NCBI GenBank assembly: GCA_043228905.1
Contig: JBHGNT010000006.1
Span: forward strand, 5,704,001-5,768,000
From: Azolla caroliniana
Taxonomy: Eukaryota; Plantae; Polypodiophyta
DNA: 64,000 nucleotides
Reading direction: 5' to 3'
In this document: positions 1-11,299 of the stretch, one piece after another
Numbering within the stretch: position 1 is the first letter of the stretch
Layout: every line of letters starts with the position of its first letter
Translations under genes and position numbers: made by a program
The notes under the pieces: model-generated
Told to the model about the DNA's origin: nothing
Database searches by the model: none
What the model saw: only the letters and a program-made list of their open reading frames with translations

Positions 1-387
1 GCGGCTTAGCAGTAGACAACAGTTGTATCCTATGCGACCTAGGTCCGGCTCGAAGTCGGTGTTGAACCTCGTTGTCTTGTAAATACATATACATTTGGTT
101 GTGCATATTCGTGTCTCTTTTGGTGTGCGTGTGTGTGTCTTAGTGTTTCTTTCTTGCTTATGTACATGAGGGTGCGAGTAGGGTCGGTGATGTGTGCGTG
201 TGTGCGAGAGTCAATGTTGCGTGCCTGCTCTCTCTCTCTCTCTCTCTCTCCCTTCGGTGGCTTCCGGTGTGCTTCTGGGATGCCCCAGAAATGGTGAAGC
301 ACGACTTCCTACGCTCCGTCACTCCCTAGTCCAAGACCCCTGTGATCCCGCCCTTCTACACGCACGCGCGAAACCTCGCGACATCTT

Positions 388-405
388 TGGTGAACCCGAC
401 GTGAA
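388..405 (+). promoter_or_regulatory. Primer-binding site complementary to the 3' end of plant cytosolic tRNA-Trp (also at 5021-5039 degenerate, 24123-24140, 45904-45921)
   Basis: TGGTGAACCCGACGTGAA is the reverse complement of TTCACGTCGGGTTCACCA, the tRNA-Trp(CCA) 3' end as I recall it. It lies 3-4 nt after an LTR CA end in four elements. Confidence 0.85.
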
Positions 406-420
406 AGGCGGCAAGGGAGG

Positions 421-1130
421 ATGGAGTCGGAAGACAACGACCTCGTGGAGATGGTGGCCGAAGTGGTGTTGGAGTCGGCACGAGTGGTGATGAGGCGAGA
501 AGTAGCGCAATAAGCGGTTGAGCGAGCGGTCGAAAGAGTCGGCCGTTTCAACGGGGACAAAGTCCCATCTTACTTGGAAGCCTACAACGCGGAAATGGAG
601 GAGCGAGACGTGGACGAAGCGTGGGCTATCGCGGTCCGTATGCATGTGGAAGTGAAGGAGCTCCGACAAGCTCATAGTTTGTGGGAGGCCTTTGAAGAGG
701 CGCTCCTGCAGGCATATGGAGGACGGCGGAAGAGCCGGGGACGACTTGACTTCGACCAGTGGGTCGCATCGGCAAAGACCCACCGGGGCGCGACGAAGGC
801 ATTCCGAAAGTTCGAGCGACGGCTTGCTCGGCTCCTGGAGCGGGAACAAGGTTTGGTGGGGGCGGAAAAAGTCATGTTGTTCATCAGGTTGATCGACCAA
901 GCGGAACGGGAGGCCATCGGGATGGAGCTCGAAGACGATGACGAAGCGAATGGGCTTACGACGGACTAGTCGAAGGTCGGAAGGGTGTGCCAACGGCTAG
1001 ACGATGAGCGAGCCGAGAAGGTTAAGAGGAAGGTGCGCGACGACGTGCCATCATAGCGGGAAGAGGCCGAATGACAAAGAGAGTCGACAAGGGTCGGCGT
1101 TGGGGCCAAGATTGCGGATTCCGGAGACTC
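421..1130 (+). pseudogene. Degenerate retrotransposon gag of element A
   Basis: MESEDNDL...VGRFNGDKVP...EAYNAEM...KVMLFIRLIDQAERE with in-frame stops. Colinear with the gag of M (45937-) and similar to the gags of B and G. Confidence 0.75.
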
Positions 1131-1814
1131 CGGTGGTCGAGCCCGTGTGCCGACATGAGACCGGAGAGTAGGAAGGCGCCGATGAGGAGTCCTGGCATGA
1201 TGTCAATGAAGAGGGATGGGAAACGGCCTGTGAGGAGGCCAAGGACGGAGGCGGCACGAAAAGATCGGCATTCCGATTTGAATGGAGCGTGATCCGGATG
1301 TGGATGACTCAACCGAAACCGGCCCAAGGCGCGAAAGACCAGGGACGGGCTATAGAGCCCGATCGATAGGGCTCGGTTCGGTACAATAGTGCCGACGTGG
1401 AAGAGGGTGCAAAACAGATCACCCTCTTTACATGAGGAGACAAGTTGGCTAGGCGAGGCCGCAAATCGGGAAGCTAGCGATCGAGGTTGCGGAGAGAGAC
1501 CGGTAGGTTTCGGACACCGCTGCCCGAAACTCCGGACATTGGAGAATCAAGTGCAGGTGACACTTGATCGATCGAAGTTTAGATGCTTCTCACCGAACGT
1601 GCTTGGGGAGCGATACCCCGAACGAGCGTCTGCAAATCATTATGGGACGGAAACACCACATCTTATCCGGAGACTCAAGCAACCGACAACGAGCGCCGAT
1701 GTGAGACCTGGAGAGATGGGAGATGGAGGCAGGTACGCGAGAAGGAGAGCAACGATGAGTTCGGGAGAAGTACAAAGGATGAAGAGGAGAACGAAGACTG
1801 GTCCTACGGAGATC

Positions 1815-3330
1815 GTCACACCGATATGGCAGTTGGCCTGAGTGCCGGCATGAGTCCTATAGGAGAGATCGGTGGGGACAGGAGAACGGGACCCGACAAT
1901 CTAGAGAATGACGAACGAGAACCGAGCGGAGCGGACTTCCGGATAACTATTCCGGGAGGGAGGAAGAGGAGGCCTATGAAGAGGCTGGGAACACTGTATA
2001 TCAGTACCATGGGAGAGGGTGTGGAGCGAGCCATCCTCTCGGCTTGCGAAAGAAGGAAGACCCAGGATAAGGGTTAGAGATACGACGAGCCCGAGGAGGA
2101 TCCTTCACACCGGTTCTAGAGACTCCGACGGTCGGCCCGAGAGCTGACGGTCGGCCTAGAGTGATGATCGGTGGCGGCGAGGGGACGAAGGCAAAGAACT
2201 GCGGATGGGCAGTTTGCGAAGATCCTCACACCGATCCGGCTGTCGGCCCGAGTGCCGGCGTGAGTCCTATAGGAAAGGACGGTGGCTGCAGGTGAACGCG
2301 ACCAGCCGAAGAGGCCGATGCGGAGGACGGGTAAGACAAGGGGCGGTGGCGCAACCTTACACACACCGGCCCTAGAGGCTCCGGCGGTTGGCCCGAGTGC
2401 CGACGTGAGACTTAGAGCGACAGGCAGTGGCGGCGGCAAGGCGGGCAAACCGAGGTCCCACGAAGATCCTCACACCGATCCGGCTGTCGGCCCGAGTGCC
2501 GGTGTGAGTCCTATAGGAGAGGACGGTGGCAGCAGGTGAACGTTATCAGATGACAGGAAGCGACAAACGGCAAGGAGGTATGAGGCCGGTGAGGCGGCTA
2601 CGGACCATCTCAAATCTTCCGGCAAGGTCAGTGGGCATAAGGAAGTCCGGTCCTACGGGATCCCCACACTGAACCAGAGACTCTGGCAGTTCGGCCAAGA
2701 TGGCAACATGAGACCGAGAGAGAAGGTTGGTGGCGGCGGGAAACGGGACCTGGCAACACGAAGGCGGGACCCGGCCACGCGGAAGACATGAGGAGAGTCG
2801 CGAAGGACTTCGACAGAAGACACCCGAATTTCGGCAGGCAGAGAAATGGAGTCCGGTCCTATGGGACCCTCACACCGATCCGGAGACTTCGGCAGCCGGC
2901 TAACAGGAGTCGGCTTGAGACCTAGGGATAAGGACGGTGGCAACAGGGAATGGTACCCGGAGACACGATATAGCGGATCGGGAGTCGGTAAGACGGGGGC
3001 AGACGAAGTGCGAAACCCTTACCGACCGGTTACGGTTTCGGAAGGAGCCGATAGGGGCAAACACAGGGAGGTGTGTCGGGCCGGAAAGGCACACCTAGGA
3101 CGGAACAAGCGTCTCGCAAGTGGCCATCGTGGGCCGGATTGAAGCGTGACTACGGGACGGTGTTCGGCATGGGCGGTGCCGAACAAAGGAAGCGGAACGC
3201 AACACACGGATGTGTCGAAGCAGAAAGGTGAGCGCGAAGAATGGGTTGCATGGTTCGGGGGTCGCGTGTAGAAGACCGGAGAAGGATCCTACACACCGTT
3301 CCGAAGACCTTGGCGGTCCGAGCCGATGGG
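1815..3330 (+). repeat. Dispersed degenerate repeat array in the interior of element A (about 9 copies)
   Basis: Core CCTCACACCGATCCGGCTGTCGGCCCGAGTGCCGGCGTGAGTCCTATAGGA(G/A)AGGACGGTGGC is near-identical at ~2224 and ~2468. Degenerate copies at ~1815, 2102, 2360, 2660, 2868, 3015 and 3285. Confidence 0.75.
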
Positions 3331-4552
3331 GCGACGTAAGACCAAGGAAAAGGAAGGTGGTGGTGAGGGGACGAAGGTAATGGGAAACAACGCGAGACGA
3401 CAATCAGGACCACGCGAATGGTCGACGGAGGCCAGGCAGGCCACTACGGGCGTTCCTCAAGCGGAGGACATCGGGCATACGGCGGAGAGCGTAGCGTGGA
3501 TGCGGCCGAACAAGGGGCCAGCGGAAGTACGCGTACTATGGAGATCGCGGCGAAGGACCCATCGACGGGTCGAACTGAAGCCGACGATTCAAACCTGCAG
3601 TGACCCGGGATGCGGATTACGTTTGACCAATTTCTCATCGGCCGAAATCTCTCACCCTTCACCGGATTTGGTACGTACCGGTGGACGTGCGGTTTGGTGG
3701 GGGCGGGTATTGTGAAGAATTTCGGCCAGAGGCAGAAATCGGGAAATATTGGCTACATCGGCGGGGTGCAGCATGTGCGCTCACCCTTGTACATTTAGTG
3801 TGAATAACGAGGGCGCCTTTATGGCGTCGAAGAGTAGTCAAGTCGGGATAGAGAATCCCATGTAAGTCGGGATTTATCCCACATTGTAGCGCATCTCCCT
3901 CCTTGTTCTATAAAAGGAAGGGAGCTTCTCTTGTGAGAGGGTTGCCCATTTTGTATTAGCAGGGTATACCGTTAGACGAAGAGACGTTCTCTCTTCCTCT
4001 TTCTCTCTTTCTTTCCTTTCTTTCTCTTCTCTGGTTTTAGGGTCTCTTCTTGCTCTCCTCTGCTTCTCCTTCGTCCTTTTGTGCGTCGAGCCTTGGCATC
4101 TAGCGTTTCGGTTTTCTGCCCTGTACTCTGTGCAAGACCCCGCTCGCCGCGACAAGCCCGAGAGCTCCCCGACCGGCGGCTTGGCAGTAGACAACAGTTG
4201 TATCTTATGCGACCTAGGTCCGGCTCGAAGTCGATGTTGAACCTCGTTGTCTTGTAAATACATATACATTTGGTTGTGCATATTCATGTCTCTGTTGGTG
4301 TGCGTGTGTGTCTTAGTGTTTCTTTCTTGCTTATGTACATGAGGGTGCGAGTAGGGTCGGTGCTGTGTGCGTGTGTGCGAGAGTCAATGTTGCGTGCCTG
4401 CTCTCTCTCTCTCTCCCTCCCTTGGGTTTCTCACGGTGTGCTTCTGGGATGCCCCGGAAATGGTGAAGCACGACTTCCTACGCTTCGTCACTCCCTAGTC
4501 CAAGACCCCCGTGGTCCCGCCCTTCTACACGCACGCGCTAAACCTCGCGACA

Positions 4553-5841
4553 TCGTCATCGTCTATGTGTGCATGGATGGAGCTCGAAGCTATTTTGCTG
4601 GCCGTGTCCGGTTGTCATATTCTGAGTTCTCTGTTAATTTATAGTTTGTTGCGTCTTTTCTTGTGTTTGGGCATTCTTGCGTTGTTTCTATTCTTCTTAT
4701 GTTTGTCGTTTCCTTAGCCGTGTTCCTATCTTCGTTCTAATCCTGTTATGTGTGCGTACCCGTGTGTGTGAGCCTGTGAGTTCGTCGTTGCTATCTGGCT
4801 TCCGATTTAGAGCAGTATTTGTGTCTGAGCCCGAGAGTTCTCCATTCGGCATCCGGGAATTGATTCGGATTGGGATGTGTGTCAGAAAACCGATCCGGCC
4901 GAGTTATCCAGAAACAGATGTGGATACCCTTCCCTCCAACATTGGCTCTTTGGAACGAGTTATCCAACCCGGTGGTCCTGCCTCGTTCCGACACATTAAC
5001 GCGGAAATCCACGACATCTTTCGTCAACCCGACGTGAATAGGGGCGGCCAAGGAATTCAAAAATGAGGAGAAGTGAATTGGTTGAAGCAATGGCGGTGGC
5101 TATGCACCGCTTGGTTAACGCTTATGAGAGCACTAGTGGCCTCAATAGGGTCATGAAAATAGTAGTCGGCGCGACAGGACGATTCAATGGGAAGGATGTC
5201 ACGAAGTACTTGGAGGCCTTCAAGGCTGAGATGTTGATGAGAGATGTCCTGGAAGATAGATGGTTATCCGTGTTTCCCCAAGTAGTTACACTGAGCATCC
5301 ACGCAGAGGTGCTCGAGATACAGGCCGACCGCCGAAGTTGGCTGGAGTTTGAGGAGCGGCTCCTCGAAAGATACGGTTTCGATGACTTGCTCCGGCTATT
5401 GAAGAGGGAGCTGATGGAGTGGGTCAAGAGACCTGGAAAGGGCAGGAACACATCGACGCTCCTCCAAGAGTTTGAAAGACGATTCACGCGACTCTCGATG
5501 TTGGACCAGATCGTGCTCAACACGAGCAAAGTCCTATTGTTTATCAAGTCGGTCGATCCACTTGATTGAGAAAAGGTAGGTCTACTATTGGAGACGGATG
5601 AAGGGCTCACAACCGATTGATCTGTGGTGAAAAGGGTTTGTAGCTGTTTCAACAAACGACGAGAATGGAACGACTCGGGGTCGTCGACGACCAACCTGGG
5701 TGCCGAGAAGAAGCTGGAGGAACTGATTCCAACATGAACAGAAGAGACAAGACGATGGCTCGAGTCGGGTCGGCTTCGGCCAACGTGGTTGCTGGACCGG
5801 CATGGGGCGCAACCCTAGAGGAGCTGACAAAGATGGTGCGT
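4553..5841 (+). mobile_element. Element B fragment (Trp-PBS Gypsy): 3' part of 5' LTR (ends 5016), degenerate PBS, and gag 5063-5841 interrupted by an insertion at 5842
   Basis: LTR end CCACGACA at 5016, TCGTCAACCCGACGTGAAT at 5021-5039. ORF MRRSELVEAM...GRFNGKDVTKYL is homologous to the G gag. Confidence 0.75.
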
Positions 5842-7167
5842 TGTCGTGATGTGGCGTGCTCGAGTGTGGGAAAAACCGGCGAAAGGGGGGGGGGGGGTCA
5901 AAATGTGCATATGCAATGTGTGTGCACACAAAAGCAATTAATTGTGCACATGCAAATGAAAAGGGAAAAGAAAGGGTGGAAAGGAGGTATAGAAACTCGT
6001 GTAAAAAGTAAGAGAGAGGACAGAAATAAAGTAGAGAGGAGATAGGCTATGAATTTCTAGATATATAGAATTATATATTATATAATAGAGAGTTAATAGC
6101 CTAGCCGATAGACATATTGACTATTAGCTAAAGGTGCACAGTTCAAATCCGGTCTTATAATGCAATGTGATTTAAGGAATTTTATTCCTTTTGCATTGAA
6201 GACGAATGTGGCGACCCCCTTCCTTTTTCTCCTATAAAAGGAGGTCGAGGGGGGCTCATTTGGGAGGAGGTTTTTGAGAGGAGGAGACTATTGCCATTTT
6301 TCTTTCGGAGCTCTTTATCTTCATCTTCACCATTTTTCTTCATATCATACCCCCTCATCCCCTCATCGCCATGTGCTCGTCTTCTTCGTGTTGCCACTCA
6401 AAGTGCTTGTTTATGGTGCTCGTGACCCCGAGCCTCATTGGTTCGGCATTGCGAGCCCATGTGCTCGCCGTTTGGGTGGTCGTGGTTCGTTGGGGTTGGC
6501 ATTTTTGTGGTGCTCGTGTGCTCGTCTTCTTCGTGTTTGTGTCGGTGTTCGGATTTGCTCTTGTCTCTAGGGGCATTTAGTATTTATGTTTTGTTGAGCT
6601 TGTGGTCAACTAGAAGTTGCCACATTGTAATCAAACCCTAATTTATAAAGGGCACTCTTGCATTGCAATCGAACTTACATATGTACTTCTTTAGCCAATG
6701 TCATCCGTGTTTTCTTTCTTTAATTCTCGTGTCCTTGTACATTCAACCATCTTGTGGCGCGGGAGCATTTCGGGCGTGCCCATGCAGCTCTCCCCCTCAT
6801 AAAGGCGTATGAGCATTTGTGCATGTGTTACGTGTCTTCCTTGTACGTTCAGTCGTCTTGTGACGAGGGAGCGTTTCAGGCGTGCCCATACACTCCTCCT
6901 CATAAAGGCGTACGAGCATTTGTGTGTGTGTTACGTGTCTTCCTTGTACGTTCGGCCGTCTTGTGATGAGGGAGCGTTTCGGGCATGCCCATGCACCTCT
7001 CCTCCTCATAAAGGCATATGAGCATTCGTGCGTGTGTTTTGTGTCTTCCTTGTACGTTCGACCGTCTTGTGACGAGGGAGCATTCGGGCTTGCCCATTCA
7101 CCTCTCCTCCTCATAAAGGCGTAGGAGCATTAGTGCATGTGTTTTGCCCCTAAGCTTCGGCGTGACA
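5842..7167 (+). mobile_element. ~1.3 kb LTR-like insertion (TGTC...GACA) with TATA box, tRNA-like module and internal tandem repeat
   Basis: Begins TGTCGTGATG abruptly inside the B gag and has CCTATAAAAG near 6232. It ends GGCGTGACA like other LTRs of this lineage. Flanks do not match (GCGT / CATG), so the right end is uncertain. Confidence 0.55.
6727..7142. repeat. Tandem repeat, ~105-bp unit, ~3.8 copies
   Basis: TCTTGTG...GGGAGC...CCTCATAAAGGC...TCTTCCTTGTACGTTC recurs at 6750, 6856, 6959 and 7065. Confidence 0.9.
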
Positions 7168-7462
7168 CATGGAGTCCGTGCACTACTCGGCGTCGACAAG
7201 AATCTGGGTAGGCGGAGAGAAGGGCATCGGCCCCAAAATAGACGCTGGATTCTGGCCACTAGTACTTGAGGGACTATTTGGAGTGAGGCTAAGGAAGGAG
7301 GAGGCGGACCACGCGAAGAGGCGGGTCCAAGATGGCACCAGATGGAACGATCCAGTGGAAGAGAAAACCGGCGTCGTAGAAGCCACGTGCTAGAACTACG
7401 AGGTTCTGGTTGAACACAAGCCGGCCAAAGGGGCCGGTCCCTCGAACCGGTATGAGACCTAG

Positions 7463-8047
7463 TGTCACGGAAATCTGTGCGTGTGTGTCGGATCAAGCGG
7501 AACCACTAGGGTCACGGACTGGGGAGAGATGGATACCGAAAGGCCTTTTTTGGGGGGCCGTTTACACCAGTTGTGGCAGCAACCAGGAGGATTCTAGACA
7601 CGACCTAGAAGCAATCGGTATGGACATATCCGGATGTGTTTCGGAAGTAACTAGGTTGAAGATAGGGAGAGCACACGCACGCACACCGGCTTTGGCACCC
7701 TCTTATGTACAAAAAAGGGAAAAGCAGAAATCACGCGGTCTAATCGAGACCCGATATATACAAGACGACGAGTCTCCAGACCGAAAAGAGGAGACATGTC
7801 GCGACATAGAACGATTTAGGACACACACATCACAAGCGCATCCGGACAGGATGAAAATCCAAAGACACAGACACAGACATATGCACACTGAAGTTTTCTC
7901 ATGTATATTTACAAGGGACACAAATAACAACGCCAACCTTGAGCTGGTTCGATTTAAAAGGGGCACATGTGTTGTCTACAGACAAGCTCCAGTTAAGGAG
8001 CAGTTCTGGGCTCGCCTATGCAAGTGGACGCCTTGTGCTGGAGACGG
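7463..8047 (-). mobile_element. Partial LTR (R/U5 half) of the Trp-PBS lineage, truncated by the LTR at 8048
   Basis: Starts TGTCACGG (minus-strand LTR 3' end). The reverse complement resembles the U5 of the A and B LTRs (GTAGACAAC...CTTGTAAATA). Confidence 0.6.
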
Positions 8048-8279
8048 TGTCACGGATATCCGCGGGTACATGTTAGATTCGGGGCGGGACCATCGAGGTC
8101 TTGGACCTAAGAGAGACGAAGCATAGAAGGTCGAGCTTCACCGTTTTCGACGACCGACCAAAGCGTTTCCGGATAGGTACCGGAAGCAACTGAATGAGAG
8201 AGGAAAAAGGACACACACGCAACATCGACTAGACACACACGCTCGCTATGTACAAAAACCGGAAAGAAAGAAATCTACT

Positions 8280-8338
<59 letters not shown>

Positions 8339-8836
8339 GAGCAAGATACAAGTTCGGCTTCGAGCTGGACTAAGGTAGATTAGGTTACAACGTCGATCTG
8401 CTGCCAAGTTGCCGATCGAGGAGTTCACGGGTTCGTCGCGTTGAGCGGGGTCTTGCACAGGAGACAGAGTGGAAGCGAAATCCCCTAGGACATACGAGCT
8501 CTCTACCAGACTAAACCCTTAACAGACACTAAGACTCAACCCACAGGACGAAGAAGAAGAAGACCTAAATGAAACCCTAAAGGAAGTAAGAAGAAGAGAA
8601 AAACTATCATACCTTAGATCTAACGGTATACCCCCCTAACTCAAAATGGGCAACCCCCTTATAAGAGCCCTTTCCTCTCCTTTTATAGTCCAAGGAGAGA
8701 AGGACATTACAATGTGGGATAAATTTCCCCTTGTTATTTTATACACATTTTTGAATGTACATGTGCAGACGGTGCACATTGCCGACTTTTCCTATTCCAC
8801 CATGTTTTCTCACTGTGGTCGGGAATCTTCACGACA
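8048..8836 (-). mobile_element. Complete solo/chimeric LTR of the Trp-PBS lineage, containing a (CA)n tract at 8283-8337
   Basis: TGTCACGG...CTTCACGACA termini, with homology to the A/F/M LTRs (GAGCGGGGTCTTGCACAGGAGA, AAAATGGGCAAC, CCTTTTATAG). Flanks do not match. Confidence 0.75.
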
Positions 8837-10491
8837 ACATCGATTTAATATACGAGCATTCTGGAAGTAGTCAAGATTTTTGTGATCACTGAATACGGTG
8901 ACTTGATGAGAAGATCCCTCTAGAAAATGCCTCCATTGCGTAAAAGAGTCCACTATTGCTAATAGCCCCTTATCATGATTTTCATAGTTGATTTCAGTGG
9001 TGTCAAACTTGCATGAGTGGAAAGCCACAAGATGTAGTTTTTCATCATCGCCTTGTTGTGATAGAATGCTACCCAAGGTGAAATCAGACGCGTCTACCTA
9101 GTCATGGGCTAGGATAGGAGTTGATGTAAATGCCTTCTTAAGACTCTTAAAAGCCATGTCCACTTCTTTAGACCAAAAAAACAATTGCCCCTTATTGGTA
9201 AGATGTGTGAGAGGTAGAATACGTTTTGAGTTATCCTGTATAAACTGGCGGTAGAAATTGGCAAAGCGTAAAAAGCATAACACATCTCGCAAGAACGTGG
9301 AGTCTACCACTCTACCACAGTTTTGACCTTAGCTAGATCCATAGAGATGCCTTCCGAGAAGATGACATAGCCCAGAAATTCCACTTGGTTTCACTCGAAA
9401 CTACATTTTTTCAGTTTTGCATAAAGACCATGTTCTCGAAACCGTTTTAGTACTAACAGTACATGAGAATCATGCTCTTCTTGGGTCTTCGAATAAAATA
9501 GTAGATCATCCAAATAGATGATCAAACAAACATCCAAGAGATCTCAGAATATATCAATTGCCATGTGTTGGAAGATTTTTGGCGCATTAGTGAGGCCGAA
9601 TGGCATGACCGCATACTCGAAGTGCCCATATCTGGTGCGAAATGCGGTCTTCCATTCATCTCCTGGTTGGATTTGTATGAGGTTATATGCTCCTCGTAAG
9701 TTGATCTTTGTGAAGAACCTTGTATCATTGATCCGTTCTAAAAGACTTGAGATAAGGGGGAGTGCATACCTATTCTTGATGGTGACCTTATTCAAGCCAC
9801 GATAATCTACAACGAGACGAAGTGATCCATCCTTTTTCTTGACAAAGAAAATGGGTGCACCGGCTGGAGATTTTGAATGTCGAATGAAACTGTTTGCCAG
9901 ATTCTCCTCTATATAGGCTCGAAGGATTTCTAACTTGGTTGGTGACAAGTTGTAGATCAATTCCCATGGTGGCTCTTTTCCCGGTTGTAAATCAATGGGG
10001 CAATCATACGGTTGGTGGCGAGGAAGCGTATTGGCTGGTACCTTATCGAACACATCGGCATAATGACAATAGTTCTGTGGAAGTTGAACTGCGGATTCCT
10101 CTTTAGTGGTGTTGGAAGGTTTTATTGATACCGTGAAAACGAACATTGCTTCCTTGCGTCCTTCCTCATGCAATTGATGTGGCGAAATGGTTGCAATCCT
10201 ATGAGTAGATCCTCGGGTTTGTCGATACCGGATTTCTCTTGTTCTCCAATCTATGTTGTTGAGAATCAAGCTCAACCTAGTCTAGTCTGTGAACACACCC
10301 TTGAGAATGTGCACTCAAAGGTCAAAAGTCACCACTCTTATCTACACATTAACTATGTGTCATAGAATCATATTCTATGACACATAACTAATGAGTTTTC
10401 ACATTCCCCATGACCCATGAGCTTTGGTAGTTAATGAAGAGAGAGAGTGACTATATAAAGCACTCTCCTCCTACTTTGTAATGTTGTCGAT

Positions 10492-10590
10492 TGTTAAGAA
10501 TTAGGTAAGTAATTAAGAGTAAATTAGTACCTAATTATGTGATTAAGTTAAGTGGAAGATTATGTGATATGTGTGTGTATGTGTGTGAGA

Positions 10591-10651
<61 letters not shown>

Positions 10652-10986
10652 AGAGAGAGAGAGAGATACACTTATGAACAACACAAGATGGGGGATGAGT
10701 AAGTATATTAAATTAGCTTCAACATCATCCAATACAAAAATACCTTGAATGAGGTATATATAGGTTTCATGTGCAAGGGTGCACATGTGCTAGGAGAATA
10801 TAGGTACAACGTGTAAGTCCTATATTAAATGAGCATGGAGTGGTGGATCTACAATGTATCCCACTCGAGTACAAAATCCTATTTAAGGCTTTATGGTCAA
10901 CACACTAACTAGATTCTATCTAGGTAACTACTAAGTTACATGTGTTGACTAACTAACTAAACTAAGTTGAGCTTGATCTCTCAACA
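10492..10986 (-). mobile_element. Solo LTR (495 bp, related to the C family) inserted antisense in the 5' LTR of C; contains a (GA)n tract
   Basis: TG...CA ends and perfect TSD TCGAT (10487-10491 / 10987-10991). Its reverse complement starts TGTTGAGAGATCAAGCTCAAC, like the C LTR. It is absent from the C 3' LTR. Confidence 0.9.
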
Positions 10987-11299
10987 TCGATTAATCTCCT
11001 TTGTAATATACATCTTCTTGAGTATTCTATTGTCTCTCAAAAATCTATCTTTTGTTTCTCTCCTCTAACTCTCTCTCTCTCACCCACACACATAATGCAC
11101 ATCTCTCACCTATTCCGCTACACAAGAATCATACCCGATTCTTTACATGGTATCAGAGTGGTTTGGTAGCTCCATCTAGGCCATCCGCATGTGTTGAGCT
11201 CTACACCGACGTTCAAGAAGAACCGGCTCATCGCTATCGTAGTGTGACTACATAGCTCGTATTCAAGAGAGAAGAAGGAAGAAATCTACATTGAACACC

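Larger units (their letters stand above)
1..4552 (+). mobile_element. Element A: non-autonomous gag-only (TR-GAG/LARD-like) Gypsy-type LTR retrotransposon of the tRNA-Trp-primed lineage; 5' LTR partial (1-383), 3' LTR 3708-4552
   Basis: 1-383 matches the 3' half of 3708-4552, both ending CCTCGCGACA. PBS at 388-405, G-rich PPT just before 3708. The ~3.3 kb interior has a gag fragment but no RT/RH/INT motifs. Confidence 0.85.

Noticed and set aside
1815-3330. Repeat-spacer pattern resembling a CRISPR array
   Set aside because: Repeats are long and degenerate with irregular spacing, lie inside a eukaryotic LTR element, and have no cas genes nearby.
7410-8126. 238-aa ORF
   Set aside because: It is antisense to and spans two different LTR fragments, with no recognisable domain.
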